This document shows, in pieces, positions 45,017-56,243 of a stretch of 64,000 nt of DNA; the first letter of the stretch is position 1; each line of letters begins with the position of its first letter. This DNA is from Nocardioides sp. (GTDB lineage Bacteria > Actinomycetota > Actinomycetes > Propionibacteriales > Nocardioidaceae): assembly GCA_041393675.1 (NCBI GenBank), contig JAWKJR010000013.1, positions 13,942 to 77,941 on the forward strand. The letters run 5' to 3'. The notes under the pieces were generated by a model. The model was not told the origin of the DNA. It did no database searches and saw nothing but the letters and a program-made list of their open reading frames with translations. A program made the position numbers and the translations under genes.

Positions 45017-45880
45017 ATGACGCGGCCCCTGGTGTCGGAACGGATCGGTGACTTCGAGCTGCCCGGTGGCCACCGCCTGGAGTACACCGAGTACGGCGCC
45101 GGCGACCGCTGGGTGGTGCTCGTACACGGCCTGCTGATGCCGCGTCGGATGCATCAGCCGCTGGCGCGGGCACTGGCCGGCGAGGGCTGCCACGTCGTGA
45201 CGCTGGACCTGCTCGGGCACGGCCGGTCGGACCGGCCCGCCGACCAGCTGGCCTACTCGATGACCGCCTTCGCCGAGCAGGTCGTGGCCCTCCTCGACCA
45301 CCTCGGGGCCGCCGAGGCTGTCGTCGGCGGCACCAGCCTGGGCGCCAACGTCGCCCTCGAGACGGCCGTGCTGGCCCCGGCTCGCGTGCGCGGGCTGCTC
45401 TGCGAGATGCCGGTGCTCGACCACGCCCTGGAGGCCAGCATCGTCGCCTTCGTCCCCCTGCTGTTCGCGGCCCGGTTCGCTCCGGTGAGCGTCCGCGCGG
45501 TGCGCGGGCTCACCCGGCCGGTGCCTCGGGGCCTGATGCCCTTCTGGGGCGGGATCTGGCTCGACACGCTCGACCAGCAGCCCCAGGCGATGGCCGCGGT
45601 GCTGCACGGGCTGATCTTCGGGCGGCTGGCCCCGTTCGCCCGGCAGCGACGGGAGATCGACGTCCCGGTGCTGGTGGTCGGGCACCCCAGCGACCCGGTC
45701 CATCCCTTCGCCGACGCCGAGCGGCTCGCCCAGGAGCTGCCCCACGCGGTCTTCGAGGCGGCCACCAGCATCGTGGAGTGGCGAGTCGCGCCGGACCGGC
45801 TGAATGCGCGCACGGCGCAGTTCGTGTCGTCGTGCTGGAGCACGGGCACGACACGGCAGCGCAGGCGCTCCGGCTCCTGA
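45017..45880 (+). CDS. Alpha/beta-fold hydrolase
   Basis: LVHGL, DLLGHGRS, GTSLG. Confidence 0.88.
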   Translation: MTRPLVSERIGDFELPGGHRLEYTEYGAGDRWVVLVHGLLMPRRMHQPLARALAGEGCHVVTLDLLGHGRSDRPADQLAYSMTAFAEQVVALLDHLGAAEAVVGGTSLGANVALETAVLAPARVRGLLCEMPVLDHALEASIVAFVPLLFAARFAPVSVRAVRGLTRPVPRGLMPFWGGIWLDTLDQQPQAMAAVLHGLIFGRLAPFARQRREIDVPVLVVGHPSDPVHPFADAERLAQELPHAVFEAATSIVEWRVAPDRLNARTAQFVSSCWSTGTTRQRRRSGS

Positions 45881-45912
45881 GGTCGGCGGGGTACGCCGGG
45901 CAGAATGGCCCG

Positions 45913-46650
45913 GTGCCCCTCTACCGCGACGAGGCGATCGTGCTGCGCACCCACAAGCTGGGTGAGGCCGACCGCATCATCACGCTGCTGACCCGGCACC
46001 ATGGCCGGGTCCGGGCCGTCGCTCGCGGGGTCCGCAAGACCTCCTCGCGGTGGGGCTCCCGGCTGGAGCCGTTCACCCACGTCGACCTGATGATCGCGGA
46101 GGGACGGAGCCTGGACGTGATCACCCAGGCGGAGACGCTGGCGCCGTACTCGCAGGGGGTGGCCGACGACTACGAGCGCTACACCGCCGGGACCGCCATG
46201 CTCGAGACCGCCGAGCGGCTCGCCGTCGAGGACAAGGAGCCCGCTCTCCAGCAGTTCCTGCTGCTGGTCGGCGGGCTGCGCGCGATGGCGGCGGGCGAGC
46301 GCGCGCCCGGTCAGGTGCTGGACTCCTACCTGTTGCGGTCGATGGCGGTCGCGGGCTACGCACCGTCGTTCGACCACTGCGCGCGCTGCGGCGACCCCGG
46401 CCCGCACCGGTGGCTGAACCCGGCGGCTGGCGGGGTGCTGTGTGCCGACTGTCGGTTGCCCGGGTCGGCGACTCCCGCCGCCGAGACCGTGCGGGTGCTG
46501 GGCGCTCTCCTGGCGGGGGAGTGGCCGATCGTCGAGGCGACCGAGGCGCGACACCTCAAGGAGGCCAGCGGGATCGTCGCGGCCTACCTCGCCTGGCATC
46601 TGGAGCGCGGGCTGCGCTCCCTGGTCTACGTCGACCGCTCAGGCGGGTGA
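45913..46650 (+). CDS. recO: DNA repair protein RecO
   Basis: LYRDEAIVLRTHKLGEADRI, GSRLEPF, CARC...CADC. Confidence 0.96.
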   Translation: MPLYRDEAIVLRTHKLGEADRIITLLTRHHGRVRAVARGVRKTSSRWGSRLEPFTHVDLMIAEGRSLDVITQAETLAPYSQGVADDYERYTAGTAMLETAERLAVEDKEPALQQFLLLVGGLRAMAAGERAPGQVLDSYLLRSMAVAGYAPSFDHCARCGDPGPHRWLNPAAGGVLCADCRLPGSATPAAETVRVLGALLAGEWPIVEATEARHLKEASGIVAAYLAWHLERGLRSLVYVDRSGG

Positions 46651-47111
46651 GGGTCCAGCGGCGGCTGCCGGTCACGATCGTCGAGCCAGACGTCGATGCA
46701 GGCGTTGAGCCGGCGCATGCCCGCCACGAACCTGCTCCGCTCCTCCCGCGTCCAGTCCTCCACGATCGCCTCGAACGCCTCGCTGCGCCCGCGCCGGGCG
46801 TGCACGACGGCCTGGCGGCCGGCCTCGGTGAGCGCGAGGATGGTGGCGCGCCGGTCGTCGGGATCCACACTCTTCACCGCGAGCCCCTGGCGGACGACGG
46901 CCTGCACCTGGCGGGTGATGGTGGACGGGTCGAGGCGGAATGTCGCGGCGATGTGACCCAGCCGCACCGGACCTTCCCGGTCGAGCAGCGACAAGATGCC
47001 GTAGGCCGAGCGCTCGAGCTCGGCATGACCGCCGGCCCGCGCATGCACCGCCGACACCTGTCGATAAAGCGCGATCAGCTCGTCTTCGAACTCATCAGAA
47101 GAGCGGTCCAC
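46626..47111 (-). CDS. MarR family regulator
   Basis: LDPSTITRQV, DPDDRRATILALTEAG. Confidence 0.9.
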   Translation of the reverse strand: MDRSSDEFEDELIALYRQVSAVHARAGGHAELERSAYGILSLLDREGPVRLGHIAATFRLDPSTITRQVQAVVRQGLAVKSVDPDDRRATILALTEAGRQAVVHARRGRSEAFEAIVEDWTREERSRFVAGMRRLNACIDVWLDDRDRQPPLDPHPPERST

Positions 47112-47216
47112 CCCATGAACCTCCGCTTGTCGGACACCCTGTGGGCCTGCCGAGTACCGGCCCTGACCAGATCACCCCCCTGATCGTTCAGCATAGGGCC
47201 GGACGCCAGCCCTAGG

Positions 47217-48020
47217 GTGGGGTTCGTGGATCCGACTCGTCGCCGGGCTGCGCGGCCCGGGCCGCGCCCGCCGACACCACACGGCTCGGGCGCGCAGCCG
47301 CCCGCCGTGCCCCGGTCCCTGGTCCCACGGCACGTGGCCATCGTGATGGACGGCAACGGCCGCTGGGCCAAGCAGCGGGGGCTCCCGCGCACGGCCGGCC
47401 ACGAGCGCGGGGAGCAGGCGCTCTTCGACGTTGTCGAGGGGGCGATCGAGATCGGGGTGAAGGCGATCTCGGCGTACGCCTTCTCGACGGAGAACTGGTC
47501 ACGCTCGCCAGACGAGGTGCGCTTCCTGATGGGCTTCAACCGGGATGTCATCAGGCGGCGGCGTGACGAGATGCACGAGCTGGGCGTCCGGGTGCGGTGG
47601 GCCGGTCGGGCTCCCCGGCTGTGGAAGTCGGTGGTCCAGGAGCTGCGGGTCGCCGAGGAGCTGACCCGCGACAACGATGTGCTGACGCTCACCATGTGCG
47701 TCAACTACGGCGGCCGCGCCGAGCTCGCCGACGCCGCGCGGTCCATCGCGCGCGAGGTCAAGGCGGGTCGCCTCGACCCCGAGAAGGTCACCGAGCGGAC
47801 CTTCGCCCGGCACCTGTACGTCCCTGAGCTGGCCGAGGCGGACCTGGTCTGGCGCACGTCGGGGGAGCAGCGGCTCTCCAACTTCGTGCTGTGGCAGGCG
47901 GCGTACGCCGAGCTGGTCTTCTCCGACGTGCTGTGGCCTGACGTGGACCGCCGTGACCTGTGGGCCGCCGTCGAGACCTACGCGCGTCGTGACCGGAGGT
48001 ACGGCGGGGCGCTGGGCTGA
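47217..48020 (+). CDS. uppS: cis-isoprenyl (undecaprenyl/decaprenyl) diphosphate synthase
   Basis: [36 protein letters not shown]. Confidence 0.93.
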   Translation: MGFVDPTRRRAARPGPRPPTPHGSGAQPPAVPRSLVPRHVAIVMDGNGRWAKQRGLPRTAGHERGEQALFDVVEGAIEIGVKAISAYAFSTENWSRSPDEVRFLMGFNRDVIRRRRDEMHELGVRVRWAGRAPRLWKSVVQELRVAEELTRDNDVLTLTMCVNYGGRAELADAARSIAREVKAGRLDPEKVTERTFARHLYVPELAEADLVWRTSGEQRLSNFVLWQAAYAELVFSDVLWPDVDRRDLWAAVETYARRDRRYGGALG

Positions 48021-48057
48021 GTGGGCCGGCACCGTCGCCTCCGATCCAGGCCGGCGG

Positions 48058-48456
48058 TCAGCGACAGCGTGGGCAGGTGCCGAAGATCTCCAGGTCGTGG
48101 GAGACGTCGGAGAAGCCGTGCTCGGCCGCCACGGCCGTCGCCCAGCGCTCCACGGTCGGCCCCTCGACCTCGATCGTCGCGCCGCAGGACCGGCAGACCA
48201 GGTGGTGATGATGGCTGCCCGAGCAGCGGCGGTAGGCGGACTCGCCGTCCTCGGTCCGCAGCACGTCGACCTCGCCGGCCTCCGCGAGCAGCTGGAGGGT
48301 CCGGTAGACGGTCGCGAGCCCCACCGGCTCGCGTCGACGGGCCAGCAACTCGTGGATCTCCTGGGCGGTCCGGAAGTCCCGGACGTCGTCGAGGACGCCG
48401 GCAACGGCGCGCCGCTGGCGGGTCGGCCGAGGGGCGGGCCGGTCAGTGCTCGTCAT
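48058..48456 (-). CDS. zur: Fur family regulator, probably Zur
   Basis: TRQR, GLATVYRTL, HHHHLVCRSCG, FGTCPRC; in operon with Zn ABC genes. Confidence 0.88.
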   Translation of the reverse strand: MTSTDRPAPRPTRQRRAVAGVLDDVRDFRTAQEIHELLARRREPVGLATVYRTLQLLAEAGEVDVLRTEDGESAYRRCSGSHHHHLVCRSCGATIEVEGPTVERWATAVAAEHGFSDVSHDLEIFGTCPRCR

Positions 48457-49446
48457 AGTGGCTCCCGTGCGGCGCGTGTCGATGCCCGTCGTGGACGTAG
48501 TCGAAGTGGTCGCCGTGGGGCACGGCCGGGTGCCCGCAGTCGGGGCCATGCTCGTGCGGGTGCTCCTCGCCCACCCGTCGCGGATCGGTCTGCTCCGCCG
48601 CGAACGGGGCGCCCAGCCGGAGCCGGCGCCGCGCGAGTACGCCGGCCGGCCAGGCGGTGGCGAAGCCTGCGAGGGAGAGCAGCACGATGGAGGGGCCTGG
48701 GGCGACGGTGGCGTCGTAGCGCAGCGAGAGCCAGGCAGCCAGGGTCAGCCCGCCGACCGCCGCGACCAGCCCCAGGCTCATGGCGAGCGCCAGCGTGCCG
48801 CGGAAGGAGCGGCTGAGCTGCTGGGCGGTCGCGACTGGCACCACCATGAGCGCCGAGACCAGGAGCAGTCCGACCGTCCGCATCGCGACCGTGACGGTGA
48901 CCGCGGCCAGGACGGCCACGAGCAGGTTGTACAGCTGCACGCGCAGCCCCGCGACCCGGGCGAAGTCGGGGTCGAGGGCGACCGCGAACAGCTGGGGAGC
49001 AGCCCGATCGCGGCCGACACGATGACGAGCGCGAGGACCAGGGTGACCACGAGATCGGTCGCCGACACCGTGAGGATCGAGCCGAACAGGTACTGCTGAA
49101 GGCCGGCGGCGCTCTGGCCTGCCAATCCGGTGACGAGGACGCCGGCGGCGAGGCCGCCGTAGAAGAGCAGCGCGAGAGCGACGTCACCGTTGGTGTGGCC
49201 GGCCTCGCGGATGACCTCGATGAGGACCGCCCCGGCGACCGCGACCAGCACCGCTGTCCAGGTGGGCGAGGTGCCGGTGAGCAGTCCCACGGCGACGCCG
49301 GTCACCGCGACGTGACCGAGCCCATCGCCCATCAGCGCCATCCGGCGCTGCACCAGGAAGGTGCCGACCGCAGGCGCGGCGAACCCGGTGAGGAGGGCTG
49401 CCAACAGCGCTCGTTGCATGAACGGCTGGGAGAGCAGGTCGATCAT
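48443..49446 (-). CDS. znuB: Zn ABC permease with His-rich C-tail (indel)
   Basis: LVQRRMALMGDGLGH, YLFGSI, VGLLLVSALMVVP. Confidence 0.88.
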
Positions 49447-50267
49447 CGGTCGCCTCCTCGCAGGTCGGTGTCGTGCCCGGGGACGTCGAACGGCGAGGCC
49501 ACGACGGGTGCGTGGTCGTGCGTGCTGGGGCGAAGGTGGTGGTGCGCGTGCGGCAGGCCGTCGAGCTCGGCGTGGTGGACGGCGTGGTCGTCCAGGGGCG
49601 GCCCGTCGTAGGCCACGCGGCCGTCGCGCATCACCACCGACCGGTGGATCAGCGGAGCGAGTGGGCCGAGCTCGTGGGTGACCAGCACGATCGTGGCGCC
49701 GTTGTCCGAGAGCAGGCGCAGCGACGCCGCCAGCGCCTCCTGGTTGGGCAGATCGACCCCGGCCGTGGGCTCGTCCAGGAAGAGCAGCTCCGGGCCGCCG
49801 GCCAGCGCTCGCGCGATCAGCACCCGTTGCTGCTGGCCGCCCGACAGGGTGGAGACCCCGTCGTGGGACCGGTCGGCGAGGCCTACGACCGCCAAGGCCG
49901 AGGAGATCGCTACGCGGTCGCGGCGCGACAGCGGCCGGAACAGATGCCGCCTGGTCAGCCGGCCCGACGCGACGACCTCCCAGACCGACGCGGGTACGCC
50001 GCCGGCTGCGCCCGCGCGCTGAGGGACGAAACCCACGCGCTGCCAGTCGTCGAACCGGTCCAGCGTCTCGCCGAACAGCGAGACGGACCCGCGAGTGACC
50101 GTGGCCAGCCCGGTGAGGGCTCGCACCAGCGTCGACTTCCCCGAGCCGTTGGCGCCCATCAGGGCGACGAACTCACCGGCCTGCACCTCGAGGTCGATCC
50201 CGCGCAGGATCAGCCTGCCCCCGAGCTCGACCGAGGCATCCACGACACTGACGACCGGCGCGCTCAA
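49443..50267 (-). CDS. znuC: Zn ABC ATPase
   Basis: GANGSGKST, GFVPQR, LSGGQQQRV, LDEPTAGVD. Confidence 0.9.
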   Translation of the reverse strand: MSAPVVSVVDASVELGGRLILRGIDLEVQAGEFVALMGANGSGKSTLVRALTGLATVTRGSVSLFGETLDRFDDWQRVGFVPQRAGAAGGVPASVWEVVASGRLTRRHLFRPLSRRDRVAISSALAVVGLADRSHDGVSTLSGGQQQRVLIARALAGGPELLFLDEPTAGVDLPNQEALAASLRLLSDNGATIVLVTHELGPLAPLIHRSVVMRDGRVAYDGPPLDDHAVHHAELDGLPHAHHHLRPSTHDHAPVVASPFDVPGHDTDLRGGDR

Positions 50268-51186
50268 CAGCCGTTCGCCTTCTGCAGCGCGGCGAGGTTC
50301 TCCCGCATGAGGGCAAGGTAGTCCTCCCCCTGGGTCTGGTCGCTCAGCCCTTCGATCGGGTCGAGGACGGCCGTCCGGATCCCCAGATCGCCCGCCAGCG
50401 TGTCGGCCATCGCCGGGGACGCCAGTCGCTCGGAGAACACGGTGGTGATCCCCTCCTGCCGGGCCAGCTTCTGAAGAGCGGCGAGGCCGGCGAAGTGGGC
50501 TCGGCGTCGGGGGAGAGGCCGGCGATCGCCGCGAAGGTCAGCCCGTACCGACCGAGGTACTCGAAGGCGTCGTGGCTCACGACCACGACCGAGCGCTCGC
50601 ACCCGGTCAGGCCCGCGGTGTACTCCCGGTCCAGCCGCACCAGGTCCTGGCGCAGCACGGCGGCGTTCGCGGCGTAGTCGGCGGCGTGCGCGGGATCGGC
50701 CGCGGCCAGCGAGTCGGCCGTGGCGTCGGCGACATCGGCGAGGAGGAGCGGGTCCTGCCAGAAGTGCGGGTCGACCTCGTCGGGGTGGTCCGGCAGGGCG
50801 TGCAGGGCCACCACGCGGGCCGCATCGACCACCTGCTCACCGGAGAGCCCGGCCACCGCGTCGTCGACAGCCGGCTGGAAGCCCGCCTCGTAGACCACGA
50901 CGTCGGCCTCGTGGAGAGCGACGGTCTGGTTGAACCCGAGCTCCAGGTCGTGCGGCTCGCCCCCAGGTCGGGTGAGGTTGGTGACGTCGGCGAACGGCCC
51001 GGCGACGCGCCCGGCCACGTAGGCGAGCGGGTAGAAGGCCGCCACGACCGAGCGACCTCCCGACGCACCCGCCGGACCGGGCCCCGCGTCCCCGCACGCG
51101 GACAGCAGCGGGGTGAGCAGCGACCCTGCGACCAGCAGGGCCGCGACCAGGGATCGAGACGGCCTTGTCATGAGAACGATTCTCAT
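50264..51186 (-). CDS. znuA: Zn ABC substrate-binding lipoprotein (indel; start 51186 or 51171)
   Basis: LSAC, AFYPL, EPHDLE, DPHFW, SHDAF, LDPIEG. Confidence 0.88.
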
Positions 51187-51207
51187 TGCAAACGAGAACC
51201 GTTGTCA
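51170..51207. promoter_or_regulatory. Tandem Zur boxes
   Basis: atgagaa-cga-ttctcat (51170-51186, perfect 7-bp arms) and cgagaaccgttgtca (51193-51207), fitting TGANAANNNTTNTCA. Confidence 0.75.
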
Positions 51208-51249
51208 ACTCAGTTGGTCCTTCGCGTCGCTCCCGGCTACCCTCCGACG

Positions 51250-51570
51250 GTGCTCGTCATCAACCGGTTCCGCGTCGTCGCGGCGGAGGTGCCCCAGTTC
51301 CTCCTCGACGCGCGCCGCGCGCAAGAGCTCTTGGCCGAGCGCCCCGGCTTCCTCGACGCCACGTTGGCGCGCAACCTGGACGACCCGACGATGTGGAGCC
51401 TGGTCACCCACTGGCAGAGCGTCGGGTCCTACCGCCGGGCGCTGTCGTCGTACGACGTGAAGGCGGAGGCGGTGCCGTTCCTGAGCCGGGCCATCGACGA
51501 GCCGAGTGCCTACGAGATCGCGCGGCTGGGCACCGAACTGAACATCCCGATGTCGCGGTCGTTAGGCTAG
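51250..51570 (+). CDS. Antibiotic biosynthesis monooxygenase (ABM) domain protein
   Basis: [39 protein letters not shown]. Confidence 0.82.
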   Translation: MLVINRFRVVAAEVPQFLLDARRAQELLAERPGFLDATLARNLDDPTMWSLVTHWQSVGSYRRALSSYDVKAEAVPFLSRAIDEPSAYEIARLGTELNIPMSRSLG

Positions 51571-51663
51571 TCCCTCACCGCGACCCGACCCGGCTCGGCC
51601 GACGGGTGCGCGGCGGCCCAGCACTGTCGTGCCCCCTCTCGCTGTTCTTCCGAAGGAACTCCC

Positions 51664-53063
<1,400 letters not shown>

Positions 53064-53079
53064 GGTTCGGTCAGGCACA

Positions 53080-53799
53080 ATGTCGCCCATGCGTCCCACA
53101 GGCCCCACCCGTCTCCGGCAGGCGAGCGTGGCGATTCTCGCCGCGCTCGCCCTGACGCTCACCGGCTGCACCGGCGACGGCAAGGGCCCGTCCGGCGGCA
53201 CCGGCGCCAGCGGCCCGGACGGCTCCGCGTCGCCGTCCGCCACGCCGAGCAACTACCTCGCCGTGCCCAAGAGCGTGGTGCTCACCGCCCAGGGGAGCAC
53301 ACTCGGGTTCGGGGACAAGGGCGTCGTGGCCTGGACCCTCAGCAACCAGAAGATCGCCGCCGTCGACCTCACCGTCACGAAGGTCGAGCGAGCGTCGCTC
53401 GACGTGTTCAAGGCCTGGAAGCTGCCCAAGGCGAGCACGGGCGCGACGCCGTACTTCGTGCGTGCCAAGATCGCGAACGTCGGGAAGGCCGACCTCAGCA
53501 AGGCGGTGCTGCCGGTCTACCTGCTGCTGCGGGGGGAGAAGACCCTGGTCGCGGCGTCCAGCTTCCAGAGCCTGTTCAAGCCCTGCCCCAGCACGCCTCT
53601 GCCCAAGAAGTTCACCCGCGGCAAGAAGGCCTCGGTGTGCTGGGTCTACCTGGTGCCGGCGAAGGCCAAGCTGGGGGCCATCAGCTTCTACACCGGGCCG
53701 GGCTTCGACGCGGTCACCTGGACCGGCACCCCCGTGAAGTACCAGCCTCGCAAGGCCACGAAGGGCAAGGGCAAGAAGAAGACCAAGGGCAGCAACTGA
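53080..53799 (+). CDS. Hypothetical Lys-rich lipoprotein
   Basis: Lipobox LTLTGC; TPYFVRAKIANVG, FKPC...VCWVYLVP; basic tail. Confidence 0.78.
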   Translation: MSPMRPTGPTRLRQASVAILAALALTLTGCTGDGKGPSGGTGASGPDGSASPSATPSNYLAVPKSVVLTAQGSTLGFGDKGVVAWTLSNQKIAAVDLTVTKVERASLDVFKAWKLPKASTGATPYFVRAKIANVGKADLSKAVLPVYLLLRGEKTLVAASSFQSLFKPCPSTPLPKKFTRGKKASVCWVYLVPAKAKLGAISFYTGPGFDAVTWTGTPVKYQPRKATKGKGKKKTKGSN

Positions 53800-54969
53800 A
53801 CCCCACCGCCCCGCCCACGGCGGCACCGACGCCGACGACCCCGCCCCGGAGCCTGCGGCTCGGGCCGCTGGAGGTCACGCCCCCCGTGGTGCTGGCGCCG
53901 ATGGCCGGCATCACCAACGCCGCGTTCCGGCGGCTGTGCGCCGAGCAGGGCGCCGGCGTCTACGTGTGCGAGATGATCACCTCCCGCGGCCTGGTCGAGG
54001 GCGACGCGACGACGCGACGGATGCTGGTCTTCGACGAGCGCGAGCAGATCCGGTCGGTGCAGCTCTACGGCACCGATCCGCACTACGTCGCGGAAGCGGC
54101 TCGCATCCTCTGCGAGGAGTACGCCGTCTCCCACCTCGACCTGAACTTCGGCTGCCCGGTGCCGAAGGTGACCCGCAAGGGTGGGGGCGGTGCGCTGCCG
54201 TGGAAGCGCGGGCTGCTCGGGGACATCCTGGAGGCCACGGTCCGCGCCGCGTCGGCGTACGACGTGCCGGTCACGATCAAGACCCGGATTGGCCTGGACG
54301 GGGAGCACCAGACCTACCTGGACGCGGGCCGGATCGCCCAGGAGACCGGCTGCGCCGCCATCGCCCTGCACGGTCGTACCGTGCAGCAGGCCTACTCGGG
54401 GGCCGCCGACTGGGGCGCCATCGCTCGGCTCGTCGAGCACGTGGACATCCCCGTCCTGGGCAACGGCGACATCTGGGAGGCCGCGGACGCGCTGCGGATG
54501 GTCAAGCAGACCGGCGCCGCGGGCGTGGTGGTCGGTCGGGGCTGCCTGGGCCGGCCCTGGCTGTTCCGCGACCTGGCGACGGCGTTCGCGGGGAGCCGAT
54601 CCGCACCCTGCCCACGCTGGGGAGGTCGCCGCCATGATGCGGCGGCACGCCGAGCTGCTCGCCGAGCACCTCGGGGAGGAGCGCGGCTGCCGGGAGTTCC
54701 GCAAGCACGTGTCGTTGTACCTCAAGGGCTTCCGCGCCGGCGGAGACCTGCGGCACCAGCTGGCCCTCGTCGACACGCTCGAGACCCTGGACGACCTGCT
54801 GGGCAGGCTCGACCCGGACGAGTCCTTCCCGGTCGCCGAGCTCGGGGCGCCTCGGGGCCGGCAGGGCGCGCCTCGCCGCCACGTCGTGCTGCCGGAGGGC
54901 TGGCTGGCCGACACCGACGGCCGCGACCTGCACCTGCGGGAGGAGGCCACCGAGGTGACCGGTGGCTGA
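53796..54969 (+). CDS. dusB: tRNA dihydrouridine synthase DusB (start uncertain; indels near 3' end)
   Basis: VVLAPMAGITN, SVQLYG, DLNFGCPVPKV, LHGRT, GNGDI, GRGCLGRPWLF. Confidence 0.93.
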
Positions 54970-56050
54970 GCGGACCTTCGCCATGCTGATCAGCCCGTCG
55001 GCCAACCGGGTGTATGCGCGCTCGGCGCTGGACCTCACCTCCGCCGAGCTGGGCGTGTTCGGCGAGACGGTGCTGAGCGCGCCGCTGCACGACGTTCGGC
55101 CCGAGGTCATCGGCGGGGTGTCCTACCTGGGCTTCCGCGGCTTGCCGACCGGGGCGGACCTGGCGGTGCTGTCCAACACCTCCACCGCGCTGGCGCTGTT
55201 CGAGCGGGTCGGCGACCTGCTCCGGCCGGTGCCGCTCACGCCCCTGGCGGTGTGGGCCGACGATCTGGTCTCGGTGCAGAAGTACGCCGGGAAGACCAAC
55301 GAGACGTTCACCCAGCTGCTGCTGAACGTCACCCTCGCCGCCTCCGTTGCCGGGCCGGCCCTCGCCGGCGGTGCTGTCGGGCCGGCCCTCGCCGGCGGTG
55401 CGGCGGGGCGGAGCGCCGGACAGCGGCGGGTGCGGGTGCTGGACCCGCTGTGCGGGCGGGGCACGACGTTGAACGTCGCTCTGCGCTACGGCTTCGACGT
55501 GGCCGGGATCGAGTCCGACGCGAAGGACGTGGAGGCCTACGCCGCCTTCCTGCGCAGCTGGCTCAAGCGCTCCCGCGTGAAGCACACCCTCACGCTCCGC
55601 CCGGTGCGCCACCACGGGCGACCCGCGGCTCGCCGGATGGAGGCGACCCTGGCTGCCGATGCCGCCGCGGCGAGGGCCGATGACACCCAGTCGGTGACGG
55701 TCGTCGAGGCGGCCACGGAGCGGGCCGAGGAGTTCTTCCGGGCACGGTCGATGGACGCCGTGGTCGCCGACGCGCCGTACGGCGTCCAGCACGGCAGCCG
55801 GGCGCGGGGGAACCTCGCCCGGAGCCCGCTCGACCTGCTCGCCGAGGCCGTGCCCGGCTGGGCGCGACTGCTGCGCCCCGGTGGCGCCTTGGGCCTGTCC
55901 TGGAACACCAAGGTGGCACCGCGCGCGGCCGTGGCGGGGCTGCTGGTCGACGCCGGTCTGGAGCCCTGCACGACCGAGGCGTACGCCGGCTTCTCGCACC
56001 GGGTGGACCAGGCGATCCAGCGCGACCTGATCGTGGCCCGGCGGAGGTGA
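54962..56050 (+). CDS. TRM11-like SAM-dependent methyltransferase
   Basis: KYAGKTNETFT, VLDPLCGRGTT, DAPYG, HRVDQAIQRD. Confidence 0.8.
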   Translation: MAERTFAMLISPSANRVYARSALDLTSAELGVFGETVLSAPLHDVRPEVIGGVSYLGFRGLPTGADLAVLSNTSTALALFERVGDLLRPVPLTPLAVWADDLVSVQKYAGKTNETFTQLLLNVTLAASVAGPALAGGAVGPALAGGAAGRSAGQRRVRVLDPLCGRGTTLNVALRYGFDVAGIESDAKDVEAYAAFLRSWLKRSRVKHTLTLRPVRHHGRPAARRMEATLAADAAAARADDTQSVTVVEAATERAEEFFRARSMDAVVADAPYGVQHGSRARGNLARSPLDLLAEAVPGWARLLRPGGALGLSWNTKVAPRAAVAGLLVDAGLEPCTTEAYAGFSHRVDQAIQRDLIVARRR

Positions 56051-56243
56051 GCCCCCGCCGCCAGCCGACAACCCAGCCGACCACCGTGCCGACAACGATG
56101 TCCACGGGTCGACACGGCGATTGGCACAGGTCTGGACCGGTGTGGTTCACTGACGCGTCGTGATCATTCCGTGACCAACCGGTGACGGGTGACCACGACG
56201 AGCAGCACCCACCCCCGTCAGCAACCCCGAAGGACCCAGCGCA

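Noticed and set aside
56051-56243. c-di-AMP (ydaO) riboswitch upstream of the cell-wall protein
   Set aside because: The conserved ydaO motifs are not recognisable; only a generic hairpin is present
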